Below are positions 21,850 to 32,834 of a stretch of 64,000 bases of DNA, one piece after another. The notes under the pieces were generated by a model, which was given only the letters and a program-made list of their open reading frames with translations, was not told the DNA's origin and ran no database searches. The first letter of the stretch is position 1, and each line of letters begins with the position of its first letter. Origin of the DNA: an uncultured Acidimicrobiales bacterium (GTDB lineage: Bacteria; Actinomycetota; Acidimicrobiia; Acidimicrobiales; DATKAS01); assembly GCA_963759645.1 (NCBI GenBank), contig CAVXAI010000019.1:6717-70716 (forward strand). Reading direction: 5' to 3'. The translations under genes were made by a program, and so were the position numbers.

Positions 21850-22671
21850 ATGAAGCGGATCGCGCTGATAGCAGTCCTGTGCGTCGGCGCGTGTGTGCTC
21901 GCCGGTTGCGGGGACGACGACGAGGCCCTTTCGGAGCAGGAGTTCCTCGAGCAAGGCAACGCCATTTGCGCCGCGGGCAACGAGCGACTCGACGCCGCGT
22001 TCGAGGACCTGGATCTCGAAGAAGGCCAAGAACCCACGGCCGAGCAGATGGCCACGCTGGTGGTGGACGAGTTCATTCCCGACGTCCAGTCGCAGATCGA
22101 CGACGTCCGCGCCCTCCAACCACCGGACGAGCTAGCCGACGCTGTCGACGAGTTCCTCGACAACGCCCAAGCCACCCTCGACGACCTCGAGCAACAAGCC
22201 GCGGACGACCCATCGGTTCTCTTTACGGACGACGAGGATCCCTTCGCCGAGGTCAACGCGCAGGCCAATGAGATCGGGCTGACCGAGTGCGCCGATGACG
22301 GCGACGATGACGGCGCGAGCGGCGCTGAGGACGTTGCGGCCGACATCGAGCCCGACCCCGATCACCCATACTGCGACGTCGAGCGCGAGGTCGACGCGAT
22401 CTTCGAGGAAGCGTTCGGTGCGCTGCCCGAGGACGCCCCTGAGGAGGATCAGCTCGCCGCCGCACAGCAGGCGTCGCAACAGATCATCGATGAAGGCCTC
22501 ATCGAGGAGGGCGAAGCCGCGGTTCCCGACGTGATCCGATCCGACTTCGAGGTGCTGGCGGCCGGTGTCCAACAAGCTGCCGAGGGCGACTTCGCCGGCC
22601 TCCAGAATGGGGACGCTGAGGTCGCGGGCCTTCGAGTCGACACCTTCTGCGGCCAGCTCGAGGAGGACTAA
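21850..22671 (+). CDS. Acidic secreted lipoprotein, unknown function
   Basis: GGAGG RBS; lipobox LAGC; two helical domains each with a Cys pair. Confidence 0.82.
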   Translation: MKRIALIAVLCVGACVLAGCGDDDEALSEQEFLEQGNAICAAGNERLDAAFEDLDLEEGQEPTAEQMATLVVDEFIPDVQSQIDDVRALQPPDELADAVDEFLDNAQATLDDLEQQAADDPSVLFTDDEDPFAEVNAQANEIGLTECADDGDDDGASGAEDVAADIEPDPDHPYCDVEREVDAIFEEAFGALPEDAPEEDQLAAAQQASQQIIDEGLIEEGEAAVPDVIRSDFEVLAAGVQQAAEGDFAGLQNGDAEVAGLRVDTFCGQLEED

Positions 22672-22687
22672 CGCCGGAGCGGTGACT

Positions 22688-22996
22688 TCACGGCGCGGTC
22701 GATCGGCTCCGCCGGCGCCGTCGCACCTCGACGAGGAGGTCGAGCACCTCGCCGATGGTCCGCTCGCGGCCGATCGAGTCCCCCAGCGGGAGGTGCTCCT
22801 GGATGTGGTAGCGGTTGCGACGGCCGTCTTTCTCCTTCACCACGTAACCGGACTCGGTGAGGTCGACCACGATGCCGTACGCCGTGCGCTCGGTGACGTC
22901 GAGCGCCACCGCGAGGTCGCGCAGCCGCACGTCAGGGTTCTGGGCGATGAAGACCAACGCTCGGGCGTGGTTCGTGAGGAAGCTCCAGTCCGCCAT
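22688..22996 (-). CDS. Winged-helix (MarR/AsnC-like) DNA-binding protein
   Basis: WSFLTNHARAL...RLRDLA...TERTAYGIVVDL...GRRNRY. Confidence 0.88.
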   Translation of the reverse strand: MADWSFLTNHARALVFIAQNPDVRLRDLAVALDVTERTAYGIVVDLTESGYVVKEKDGRRNRYHIQEHLPLGDSIGRERTIGEVLDLLVEVRRRRRSRSTAP

Positions 22997-23012
22997 GCCA
23001 TTAGCAGTAGAC

Positions 23013-23040
23013 CAATACACGAAATAGATTGCAAGTATTG
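23013..23040. promoter_or_regulatory. Imperfect 28-bp palindrome, candidate autoregulatory operator
   Basis: CAATACACGAAAT-AG-ATTGCAAGTATTG just upstream of the HTH gene. Confidence 0.5.
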
Positions 23041-23116
23041 AGTTGCGACTGTAGGGTCGGCCTCGCCGGCGAGTCGACCGTTGACGCGGCTCCGGCCTCG
23101 GCAGGAAGAGGTGCTG

Positions 23117-23416
23117 ATGATGAGCGGTCACCGCGCCCGCCCGGGGGAGGGCACCGCATGGCTGGTCACCGACCGTCCTGAGACCGCCGGCTGCCACTGC
23201 TACTGGTACACCGGCCCGAAGGACGACCACCTCGTCGAGCACGCGCACGTCACGGGCGCGGCCGAAGCCGTCGCGTGGGGCCGGCAACGCACGCCTCGTG
23301 TCCGGATCCGTACCGCTGACGGACGCACCTCGTGGGCGGGGAGCGCGCCACGCCCCGTGGGCATCGCGCACACGTGGATCGACCCCGATCGAGTCTCGGA
23401 GGGGGCGTCGTGCTGA
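23117..23416 (+). CDS. Hypothetical protein
   Basis: GAGG RBS; Trp/Tyr-rich globular-looking 99 aa; overlaps next gene start. Confidence 0.6.
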   Translation: MMSGHRARPGEGTAWLVTDRPETAGCHCYWYTGPKDDHLVEHAHVTGAAEAVAWGRQRTPRVRIRTADGRTSWAGSAPRPVGIAHTWIDPDRVSEGASC

Positions 23417-23751
23417 GGTTCCAGTGGAACGCGTTGCGACCCGGGGACGCTGTGAACGTCCACGATCTCGAGAGCTCGGAGATGACGTTGCTTCCTGGCA
23501 TCGTTGCGACTGTCGACACCCGTGCGGGACGAAAGCTCGCGAACGGCGTCCGGATTCGAGTGGACGGCAACGACGGGGTGATCAGGTTGCTGTGGCCGGC
23601 GTACATGGCGGTCCATCTCGAGCCACTCGAAACGGAGCCGTGCTGGCGATGCGAGGAGATGGCCACGAAGCTCGAACGCCCGGCGACCTCACTCGATGAG
23701 CCGGCAGCAGAGCTCGTCGACCTTGCCGCGGCGGTGCCGTCCCGCCGCTGA
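23410..23751 (+). CDS. Hypothetical protein (beta-rich, C-terminal CxxC)
   Basis: GGAGG RBS then GTG; LRFQWNALRPGDAVNVHD...CWRC. Confidence 0.6.
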   Translation: MLRFQWNALRPGDAVNVHDLESSEMTLLPGIVATVDTRAGRKLANGVRIRVDGNDGVIRLLWPAYMAVHLEPLETEPCWRCEEMATKLERPATSLDEPAAELVDLAAAVPSRR

Positions 23752-24802
23752 CCCCTCCGCTATGCGCGGTTCGCCGAGGACGGTGCGGTACACGTCGACG
23801 TACTGGTCCACCATTCGGTCGCGGCTGAACCGCTTGACCGCAACGCTCCGGATGTGGTGGCGATCGAGCGTGTCGACACGTGAAACGGCGGCAACAGCCG
23901 CATCGACGCCATCGACGACGAACCCGGTGGCGCCATCGTCGACGAGCTCGCGCATGGACCCTCGGTCGTAGGCCACGACGGGTGTCCCACATGCCATCGC
24001 TTCAACGACGCTGAAGCCGAAGGGTTCGTCGAAGCCGATGAGGTGCAGGAGGGCGGCCGCGCCTCCGAGAACACCGATACGAGCCGCTGCAACGACCGGG
24101 CCTACGTACGACGTCTGGATGCCGTCGAGGTGCGGGGCGACTTCACGGTCGAAGTACGCCTGGTCCTGGATGATGCCGGCGATCACGAGTGGCCTCCCCG
24201 CGAGCCGCGCGACCTGGATGGCGGCGGCCGTCCCCTTGTCGGGGTGGATGCGTCCGAAGAACAGCAGGTGCCGGCCCGGTGCGGGGTGCAGCGAGAACGA
24301 ATCTGTATCGATGCCGTGATGGATGGTCGCGGCATAGCTCAGCGCGGGATGGCGGTCGGAGTCGCTGATGGCGACGTAGGCGCAGTGATCGTCGTACCGC
24401 TCGTAGACAGGGACGATCTCCGGCGACGAGAACCCGTGGATCGTGGTCACCACAGGCGTCTCGACCAGCCTGCTGTAGGTCAGAGGCAGGAAGTCGAAGC
24501 CGTTGTGGATGACATCGAACTCGCCGGCGCGTTCGAAGAGCAGCGGCGACGTGCGTGCATTCGGCGACCTTGGCGTCGAGTCCTGACGCTTCTGACCAGC
24601 CGTGGGGCACGACCGAGGCCAATGCGGCGGTCGTCAGCGAGTTGGCCGTCGCGAAGAGCGTCACATCGTGGCCCCGGTCGACCAGGCCCTCGGTGAGCAG
24701 CGACGCAAACTGCTCCCACGGCCCGTAATGGACGGGCGGAACCCTCCAGGCGATGGGTGCCAGCACCGCGATGCGCAGGCTCCGGCGTTGATGGTGCCGC
24801 AC
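23689..24802 (-). CDS. Glycosyltransferase family 4 (frameshift near 24540)
   Basis: IAPxxxxPPxxYG-like LAPIAWRVPPVHYGPWE; FFGRIHPDKG; EPFGFSVVEAMACGTPV. Confidence 0.92.
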
Positions 24803-24966
24803 GGATCGAGTGACGGCTCCGAGGGTACCCCGGCCCAGAGTGGGGCTGGCCCCGGTAGACTGGAGCCTTCGCCCCTTGGTGAGTCGCTTGGTTTGGGCTG
24901 GACGGCTTAGACCCCGTCGCCCTGTGCAGGCTCGACGTCTCTACCGAGCTGCCTCGAGGAGATCTA

Positions 24967-26145
24967 GTGCCCCTGGACGACATCGACCGCGTCGATGGTC
25001 TGTCGACGCCAATGCGCCGGCGTCGCACCTATGCGGTCGTCTCGACGTTCCCACCGACGCCCTGCGGTGTCGCGACGTTCTCCGCCGCGCTGTGCGACGG
25101 GCTCGCACGCGGTGGCGACGACGTCACCGTCGTTCGGGTCGGCGACGCGAGCGACGGACGCGATCCGCGCGTGGTGGCATCGCTCTCCGACCGCAGCTCG
25201 ACGCCATCTCCGGGAGTGCGTGGACGCGCTCGTGCGGGCCGATGTCGTGGTCCTCCAGCACGAGTACGGCCTCTATGCAGGCAAGGACGGCGACTCTGTC
25301 ATCGACCTCCTCGATGCGGTGGAGGCGCCGACGATCGTGGTCGCCCACACCGTGCTGCGCTCGCCGACGCCACACCAACGTGCGGTCCTCGAAGAGGTCG
25401 CCGCGTGCCGCCGACGCGGTCGTCGTGATGACCGAGGCCGGGCGACGCCTCCTTGTCGGCGGCTTCGACGTCGACGCAACGAAGGTCGTGGTGATCCCGC
25501 ACGGCGCAGCCGTCACAGGCGCACACCGAGGACGCGATCCGACGCGTCGAGTCGCAAGATCCTCACCTGGGGCCTGCTCGGTCCCGGCAAGGGGATCGAG
25601 TGGGCCGTCGACGCCTTGGCCCTGCTCGACGATCTCCGGCCTCGAGCGACCTACCGGGTCGCCGGCGACACGCACCCCAAGGTGGCAGCCGCGAAGGGGG
25701 AGGCCTACCGCGACATGTTGCGCCGGCGGGCCGCCGACCTTGGTCTGGCGGGACGACGTCTCGTTCGACGCCGGCTATCGCGGGCTCGACGCGCTCGCGG
25801 AGCTGATCTCGACGGCGTCGGTCGTCGTGCTGCCCTACGACTCGCCCGATCAGGTGACCTCCGGGGTCTTGGTCGACGCCGTCGCCGCGGGCCGCCCGGT
25901 GGTCGCGACCGCGTTCCCGCATGCGGTCGAGCTGCTGGCGAGCGGCGCCGGCATCGTCGTGCCCGCGACGCGATCCCGCGGCCCTGGCGACTGCACTGCG
26001 CCGGGTGCTGACCGAGCCTGGTCTCGCGGAAGGCATGGCCCGCGAGGCGCGTCGTCTCGCTCCTGAGCTCGCGTGGCCGGCCGTCGCCTCTCGCTATGCC
26101 GCGCTCGGAGACTCTCTGCTCGAGCGCCAGTCGGTGCTCGCATGA
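24967..26145 (+). CDS. Glycosyltransferase family 4 (multiple frameshifts)
   Basis: STFPPTPCGVATF, LQHEYGLY, VIPHGA, TWGLLGPGKGIE, VLPY...QVTSGVL...GRPVVAT across frames. Confidence 0.85.
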
Positions 26146-27158
26146 CGGCCTGCGGGCCAACCTTCGCCCACCTCGATTCGCTCACCGATCGCTTCGGCAC
26201 GTTCGAGCACGCCCGCTACGCGCGGGCTCGGCCCGAGCACGGCTACTGCACCGACGACGTCGCTCGCGTGCTCGTCGTCACGCTGCGCGAGCCGGATCCG
26301 CCCCCGAGGTGTGCCGCGCTCACGCGCAACGCGTTCCGGTTCGTCGCGGAGGCGCAGGGCGTGACCGGCAACACCCGGAACCGGCGCGCCGCGAGCGGCC
26401 GCTGGCACGGCCCGCAGAACCGTCGAGGACTGCTGGGGCCGGAGCCTTTGGGCGTTCGGTGTGGCGGTCGAGCGACGTTCGGACTCGCTCGGGGACGACG
26501 CACTGGCGTACTTCGAACGAGGCGCCGGCGAGGCGGTCGCCCTGGCCACGTTCGATGGCCTACGCCGCCCTCGGCGCCGCCGCCGTCCTCCGAGGTGCAC
26601 CCGCACAACGCCGAGCGCGTCGGCGCTCCTCGTCGGACGCCGCCGACCTGATCGGGCGACCGGCCGCCGACGAGTCGTGGCCCTGGCCCGAGCCCCGTCT
26701 CGCGTACGCCAACGCGCTTCTGCCGGATGCGCTGATCGCCGCCGGGTCGGCTCTCGGGCGACCCGCGCTGATCGCCGATGGCTTGCATCTCCTGGGGTGG
26801 CTGCTCGATCGCGAGACCGTCGACGGGCACCTGTCGGTGACGCCCGCCGGTGGGTCGGGACCGGGTGACGCGCACGGTTTCGACCAGCAACCGATCGAGG
26901 TGGCGACGCTCGCCGAGGCCTGCGCCCGCGTCCGCCGCGGTCACCGGAGATGCCCGTTGGGCCGCGGGCGTGCGTATCGCAGCGGCGTGGTTCGACGGGG
27001 ACAACGACACCGGCGCCCGGATGTGGGATCCCGCCACCGGCGGCGGCTACGACGGGCTCGAGGCGACCGGGGTCAATCTCAATCAGGGCGCCGAGTCGAC
27101 GATCGCGCTGATCTCCACCCGCCAGCAGGCCCGGGTGGTGGACAAGGTGTCTTCGTGA
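26142..27158 (+). CDS. Six-hairpin glycosidase-like protein associated with GT4 (multiple frameshifts)
   Basis: FEHA...GYCTDDVAR, WPWPEPRLAYANA, FDQQPIE, WFDGDND...DGL...NLNQGAEST; ATGA coupling. Confidence 0.8.
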
Positions 27159-28648
27159 CACCAAGCGGCGACGCGCTCGTGCAACGACAACGAGCGGCGG
27201 CTCGAGCCCGACGCCTCTCGTGTCGTCGCCCAGCTGTTCGTCGCCGGCCAGGAGGTCGTCGGCGCGAGCGAGTCACGAGCGTCAGGCGTCGTCGCCAGGA
27301 TCCTTGCGCTGGACGAGGAGGACGTGCAGCGCGAGCTCGCCGATCTTGTCCGTACGGTTCGGCGACCGCCATCGAGACCTGATCGGCACCTTCAGCCACC
27401 ACGCCGACCGGATCGCCAACCGGCTCGACCCCGACGCCGATCTCAGCCCGGAGCGCTGGCTCTTGCTCGGAGCGACCTTCACCCACGAGTACTCCATCGA
27501 AGCGGCGTCGCTGTGCAACCCGAGCATCGTCGCCCATCCCGACCAGTCATCCGCGCCGGTCGGCTCGGTCCGCTTCGTCATGAGCGTGCGCGGCATCGGC
27601 GAGGGTCATCGATCCAGCATCGGCTTCCGCACGGGCACAATCGACGCCGCCGGCGAGGTCACCGTCGACGACGCAGGTCGCTTTCCGACCCTGGCCGCTG
27701 TCGAATCGGCCGTGTTCGACCGCGAGCAGTTCGCCGGCCGGCTCCGGGCGATCGGCGAGCACACCGAAAACGCGACATACGTGCTCGACCACCTCGACGA
27801 CACCTTCAGCGGTGACGAGCTCGAGTGGCAGCTCGGTGTGCTCGCCGGACAGCACGACACCCGGCCCGACACGCACACCACCGCGGCGTTGCTGCGGTCC
27901 ATCGCGGCCTGCAGCTACACGGCGCGCTTCTCCGCGGTCACACGCGACATCCGAGCGCGTGCTCGCGCCCGCTATGGCGGCGGAGGCCCGAGGCATGGAG
28001 GACGCCCGCTTCGTCCGCTTCGTCGACGACGACGGCGCGGTCACGTACTACGCCACGTACACCGCCTTCGACGGAGTCTCGATCAGCCAACAGCTGCTGC
28101 GCACGACCGACTTCCTCGAGTTCGTCGCTTCGCCGATGATCGGCCCGGCCGCCACCAACAAGGGCTTGGCCCTGTTCCCCCGCCGCATCGGCGGCCAGTT
28201 CTTCGCGCTGTCGCGCCACGACCGGGAGACCAACGCCGTCACGTGCTCGGACTCGCTGCTGCACTGGGACCGCGCCGTCACCATCCAGACGCCGGACCGG
28301 CCCTGGGAGGTGATCCAGCTCGGCAACTGCGGGTCACCGATCGAGACAGATGAGGGCTGGCTCGTCCTGACCCACGGCGTCGGGCCGATGCGGACCTACA
28401 GCATCGGCGCGCTGCTCCTCGACCTCGACGATCCGACCCAGGTCATCCGAACGCTGCCCGAACCGCTGCTCACACCGGGCGAGGACCTGGACGGGTACGT
28501 CCCGAACGTGGTCTACAGCTGCGGTGCGCTGCTCCACGGCGAGACCCTCGTCATACCCCACGGCGTCGCCGACAGCTTCATCGCCATCGCGACCGTTCGG
28601 CTGCCGGCGCTGCTCGATGCCATGGTTGATCTGGCCACGTTGACCTAG
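27155..28648 (+). CDS. Glycoside hydrolase family 130 protein (multiple frameshifts)
   Basis: EYSIEAASLCNPS, GEGHRSSI, GMEDARFV, NKGLALFPR, GNCGSPIET, GYVPNVVYSCG. Confidence 0.88.
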
Positions 28649-28751
28649 CGCCGCCGAACGCCAGCGGCAGGCGTCCCTCGGGTACTCTCGACCACGCGGG
28701 TGGCGTTGCTCCGGACCTCGGTACGCACACGCGAGACCGAGGAGCACACCT

Positions 28752-29436
28752 GTGACCAGCCTTGCGAACACGTCCCCGTCCGGGGTCGTGGCCGATAGCT
28801 CGGCCGACGTGCGCCCCGCAGTTTCCAAGCTCTCGGTCTTCTTCGCGGTCGTCACGCGCTCGGCCCCACGTCTCATCGAGGCCTCGCTGATCCCGTCGGC
28901 CCTCTTCTACTGCTGTCTCGTCCTGGTCGGGATCGGCGCGGCGTACGCCGCCGCCGTGCATCTGGCTGTATGCGGCCGTCGCCAGTCGCTGGGTCCGCCA
29001 CCGACCCGTCCCCCCGCTGCTCGTGCTCGGCGCGATCGGCATCACGGTGCGGACGACGGTGGCGATCGCGAGCGGCAGCACCTTCTTCTACTTCGCGCAG
29101 CCCGTGCTCGGGTCGCTCGTCGTCGGCTGCGTCTTCCTGGTCTCCATCGCGGTCGGGCGGCCGATGGTTGAGAGGCTGGCACTCGAGTTCTGGCCACTGA
29201 CGCCGGACATGCTTGCTCATCCCGCCGTCGGCCGATTGCTGCGAAGGCTGACCTTCCTGTGGGCGGGCATCAATCTCGCGATCGGCGCATCGACCTTCAC
29301 GCTGTTGGTCCTGCTCCCGCTGCCGCTGTTCGTCGCGGTCAAGCAGGTCGTCGCGTGGTCGATCACCGCCGCCGGCATCGCGGTGACGATCGACCGGTCC
29401 GTGCGGACACGCGCGGCGCGCAGGCTTCGCCGCTGA
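28752..29436 (+). CDS. VC0807-like membrane protein (frameshift near 28965)
   Basis: GAGGAG RBS; multi-TM; SGSTFFYFAQP...GRPMVERLA.EFWP...RRLTFLW. Confidence 0.7.
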
Positions 29437-29499
29437 AGCACCGCGCCGGGGCGTCGTGCTCGATCCGTCGTGAGTCGCTGCTCCCCGCCTGCGACGGGC

Positions 29500-30236
29500 T
29501 CAGGGCTCGTGCGGCGAGCACGTCCAGTCCGGGCGCGGGGAGCGAACCCGCGATGACGTCGGTGGCGACATCGGCGAGTCGCCGGTTGTGGTTGCGGGCG
29601 TGGTTCCGCAGCGTGGCGAAGGACCTGCTCCATGTCGACGCCCTGACGCTCGGCCACCACCCCCTTGGCTTGCTCGATGACGATGCGGGTGTTGAGGGCG
29701 CCGTTGAGCTGCTCGTTCAGGGCGTGCGCTTCAGCGGCGGCGCGGTGTTGGAGTATCGCAATCGTGGCCACGTCGGCGAAGGCCTGAGCCGCGTCCACGT
29801 CAGCCTGACGCATGGCTCCCGGCTCGGGGTGGAAAAGGTTGAGCGCGCCGATGACCCTGCCCCGCAGCCGCATCGGCAGAGCATGGACGGAGTGGAAGCC
29901 GGCGGCGAGCGCCTCGGTCGCGAAGCGAGGCCACCGGTCGCGCGCGGCGACCAGGTCCTGGTTGATCACCGGCTTACCGGTGCGGAAGCAGTCCAAGCAC
30001 GGGCCGTCTTGCGCTTGGATCTCGAACAGCTCGAGCACGCGCATGGCCTCGCTCGAGGAGGCCATCACCCGCAGGTTGCCGTCGGGCGCGGCCAACATCA
30101 GACCGGCGGCGCCGACGTCGAGCACGTCCACACAGCTGTCGGCCAGCAGCGTCAGCAGCTCCACGACGTCGAAGTCGGCGACGAGCGTGTCCGCCAGCTC
30201 CACGAGCGTCCTGGCAAGCAAGGATTCTCTGGGCAT
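29500..30236 (-). CDS. GAF and ANTAR domain protein (frameshift near 29620; 3' end approximate)
   Basis: LVELADTLVADFD, QDGPCLDC, ALNTRIVIEQAKG, then FATLRNHARNHN in shifted frame. Confidence 0.88.
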
Positions 30237-30329
30237 CGGCTCTCCAATCACGACAGCTTCGGCCCTCGCGACCGCGCGGGCTGTGCACGCGCGGATCCAA
30301 GGGAGATCGTAGGCCGCAGCAGCTCGGCC

Positions 30330-31052
30330 TCACGTTTGCGGGTCCTTCTCGCCGCTCGCCGCGTCGAAGCGGAGCGTTCTGGACACGACGTCTCGCGCAA
30401 CCTGGGTCAGGGGACGGTCGTTTCCGAAGGCGTAGGCCCGGAGACGGATGAGCGCCTGACCGACCGTGACGTCGAGCTGCACGGAGACCATCCCGGCGGC
30501 CTGATGGACCACATACTGAAAGTCTCCACCCGCGTCGAGCTCGGCGGCGATCTCCCCGACGGGCGCCTCGGCCTGCAGGAGAAGGACTGCCTCCGCGGCG
30601 ACGTCGGCCATCACGAGGGCGTCGGCGTGCTGCTCGCCGTCGAGGGGTCCCGGTCGGTCTCGATAGAGGTTGAGGGCGCCGAGCCGTACGGCGCCGACAC
30701 GGAGGGGAAATCCGAACACGGCCCGCACTCCCGCGTCGAGGGCGGGTCCGGCGAACGCGAGCCAGCGGGGGTCAGTCGGGTCGGCGAGGTCGGGTTCGAG
30801 CACGGGTCGCTCGAGCTGATGCGCGTCCACACACGGTCCTTCGCCCAAGTCGTACTGCAGCTGTTCGATGAGCGCGCTCACCTCATCAGTGGTGCACACC
30901 GAGCCCCGAGGAACGTCCCCCCACATCAGCATGATGCCTGCGCCCGTCATACCGGTGACCTCCGCGCACACGCGGCAGAGCCGGGCAGTCTCTGCGCCGG
31001 GCGCGTCACCCACGAGCCGATCGACGATCCGCTGCCGGCGTTCGCCGAGCAC
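30330..31052 (-). CDS. GAF and ANTAR domain protein
   Basis: QYDLGEGPCVDA, GALNLYR, VHQAAGMVSVQL...ALIRLRAYAF. Confidence 0.9.
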   Translation of the reverse strand: MLGERRQRIVDRLVGDAPGAETARLCRVCAEVTGMTGAGIMLMWGDVPRGSVCTTDEVSALIEQLQYDLGEGPCVDAHQLERPVLEPDLADPTDPRWLAFAGPALDAGVRAVFGFPLRVGAVRLGALNLYRDRPGPLDGEQHADALVMADVAAEAVLLLQAEAPVGEIAAELDAGGDFQYVVHQAAGMVSVQLDVTVGQALIRLRAYAFGNDRPLTQVARDVVSRTLRFDAASGEKDPQT

Positions 31053-31055
31053 TAC

Positions 31056-31461
31056 CTACAGGCCTGAGGCGGCGAAGCGAGCGCCGGCGAGCTGGAACGC
31101 ATCGACCGACTCGCGTGGGTTGCGCTCGACGAGACCAGAGAGACCGCACAGGTCCAGCACGCGTTGAGCGCAACTCGAGGGTGACCGAAGCACCAGCGAT
31201 CGCGACCTGGCTCGTAGGAACTCGGCCGGCCGCCACGATGACTCCCACGGTGGACGCGTCGAGGAACTCCACCGCGCTCAGGTCGAGGATCAGGTCGGCG
31301 CCACCGACCGCGATCGCGCCAGCCAGCGTCTCGCACAAGGCGGGCACGGTGGAGAGGTCCTGCTCGCCTCGAAGCGAGGCGATGGTGGGATCGAGGCCTG
31401 TGCCAGCACCCCTCGGCGGACCGCGCAGACGGGTCGGGCGAGGCGAGGTAGCGACAGACAT
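31056..31461 (-). CDS. STAS domain protein / anti-sigma factor antagonist (frameshift near 31225)
   Basis: LRGEQDLST, LDLSAVEFLDAST, then LVLRSPS...RVLDLCGL in shifted frame. Confidence 0.82.
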
Positions 31462-31735
31462 GGTGCACTCCCGGATGGCGTGGTGACGACGCGCTACCAG
31501 GGTCCGGAGCACCGCTCCCGGGCCAGCAACTGTTGGCCCAACACGTGAGGGTTCTGTCGTGTCGCTGTGATCGTACGCTCGTTCTGCGAAAGCCGCTAAC
31601 ACGGAGTGACCGCCGAGCGCCGGTAGATTGAAGGTCTCATCTTGGTAGGGACGCCTCGTTATGGGCAGGACGCCACTTGGCTGTCGCCCCGCACACAGGC
31701 CCGACGCCTCTTCTGAGCGATCAGCGAGGAGCGTC

Positions 31736-31903
31736 ATGTCCGCAGAGACAACCGAGTTGGAGCCGGTCGCGACCCGAAAGTGCGGCCGCTGCAGGCAGGA
31801 GTTTCCGACCGACCCGCTTTCCGTGCCCGGCGTGGTGCTCGACTGGTGGCTGTGCCCGCCCTGTTACGAGACGCTGTTGGGACCAGCCCCGTTGAGGTCA
31901 TGA
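31736..31903 (+). CDS. Small zinc-ribbon-like protein (55 aa)
   Basis: GAGGAG RBS; CGRC...WWLCPPC. Confidence 0.65.
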   Translation: MSAETTELEPVATRKCGRCRQEFPTDPLSVPGVVLDWWLCPPCYETLLGPAPLRS

Positions 31904-31927
31904 GCCTCGGACGATGAGAGGTGTCGA

Positions 31928-32131
31928 GTGAGCGAGACGTGGGAGTACATGATCGTGTCGCTTCCGACGTTCGAGATCGGCAAGGCAGCACCCGGCGACT
32001 CCGCTTCCGTGACACTGCTGAACCGCGAGGGGGCGAACGGGTGGGAGGCGATCGGGATGACCGTCCTTGGTGATGGGAGCGTCGCGGTGCTGCTCAAGCG
32101 CCGGACCGCGAGTGGTCCCGAGGCGTCGTAA
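31928..32131 (+). CDS. DUF4177-like small protein
   Basis: WEY...LN..G..GWE...LLKR signature. Confidence 0.75.
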   Translation: MSETWEYMIVSLPTFEIGKAAPGDSASVTLLNREGANGWEAIGMTVLGDGSVAVLLKRRTASGPEAS

Positions 32132-32161
32132 CGCGACCACCCACCTCGGGGCGTCGTCGAC

Positions 32162-32773
32162 CTATTGTCCGGCGTCCCTCACTTGCTCGTAGATCAGATG
32201 GACAGCGTTGGTCGACGGGCGGACGTCGACCTGGCGGTACTGCTGGCGAGTTCCCGGGCGGAACAGTGGTGTACCGCCACCGAGCAGCACCGGAGCGAGA
32301 TGCAGGCGCAGCTCGTCCACCAGGCCCTGCTCGATCGCCTGCCCGATGACGTCCCCGCCGCCCATGATGACGACGTGGCCGTCGCCCTGCGCGGCGCGGC
32401 CAGCGTGCTCGATGGCAGGCGCCAGATCGGGCACGAACGTGCATTGCAGGCCTAGCTCCTGTTGCAGCCGGACGTGCTCGGGCGGGGAGTGGGTGACGAC
32501 GAAGAACGGGGGCGTCCCCACCTGCTGCGCGCCGTACCCCATGTCCTTGGACCAGCCATCGGGCGCGTCGACGACATCGAACAGCCTTCTGCCCATCACC
32601 ACGGCGCCGGTCTCCGCCGTCGTCCGTTCGAGGATCTCCGTGTCGACGGCGTCCTGATGGACGACCCAGGCGTGAAGCTTGTCGATGTCGGCGACCCCGC
32701 GCTCGGGATCAGTGGCAGGTCCCGTAACGAAGCCGTCGAGTGACATCGTGATGTCGGCGATGACCTTGAGCAT
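32162..32773 (-). CDS. Dihydrofolate reductase family protein (RibD C-terminal)
   Basis: MSLDGF, VVMGRR, MGGG, LVDELRLHLAPVLLGGGTPLF. Confidence 0.92.
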   Translation of the reverse strand: MLKVIADITMSLDGFVTGPATDPERGVADIDKLHAWVVHQDAVDTEILERTTAETGAVVMGRRLFDVVDAPDGWSKDMGYGAQQVGTPPFFVVTHSPPEHVRLQQELGLQCTFVPDLAPAIEHAGRAAQGDGHVVIMGGGDVIGQAIEQGLVDELRLHLAPVLLGGGTPLFRPGTRQQYRQVDVRPSTNAVHLIYEQVRDAGQ

Positions 32774-32834
32774 TGCGAGCTCCTGTCGGTCCGATGCGAT
32801 CAGCTCACGGCGGACATCTCACAACCTCTACCAG

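Noticed and set aside
31462..31735. Canonical ANTAR dual-hexaloop RNA motif
   Set aside because: Hairpins exist, but I could not find two adjacent stems with A1/G4 hexaloops by eye; needs a covariance-model search
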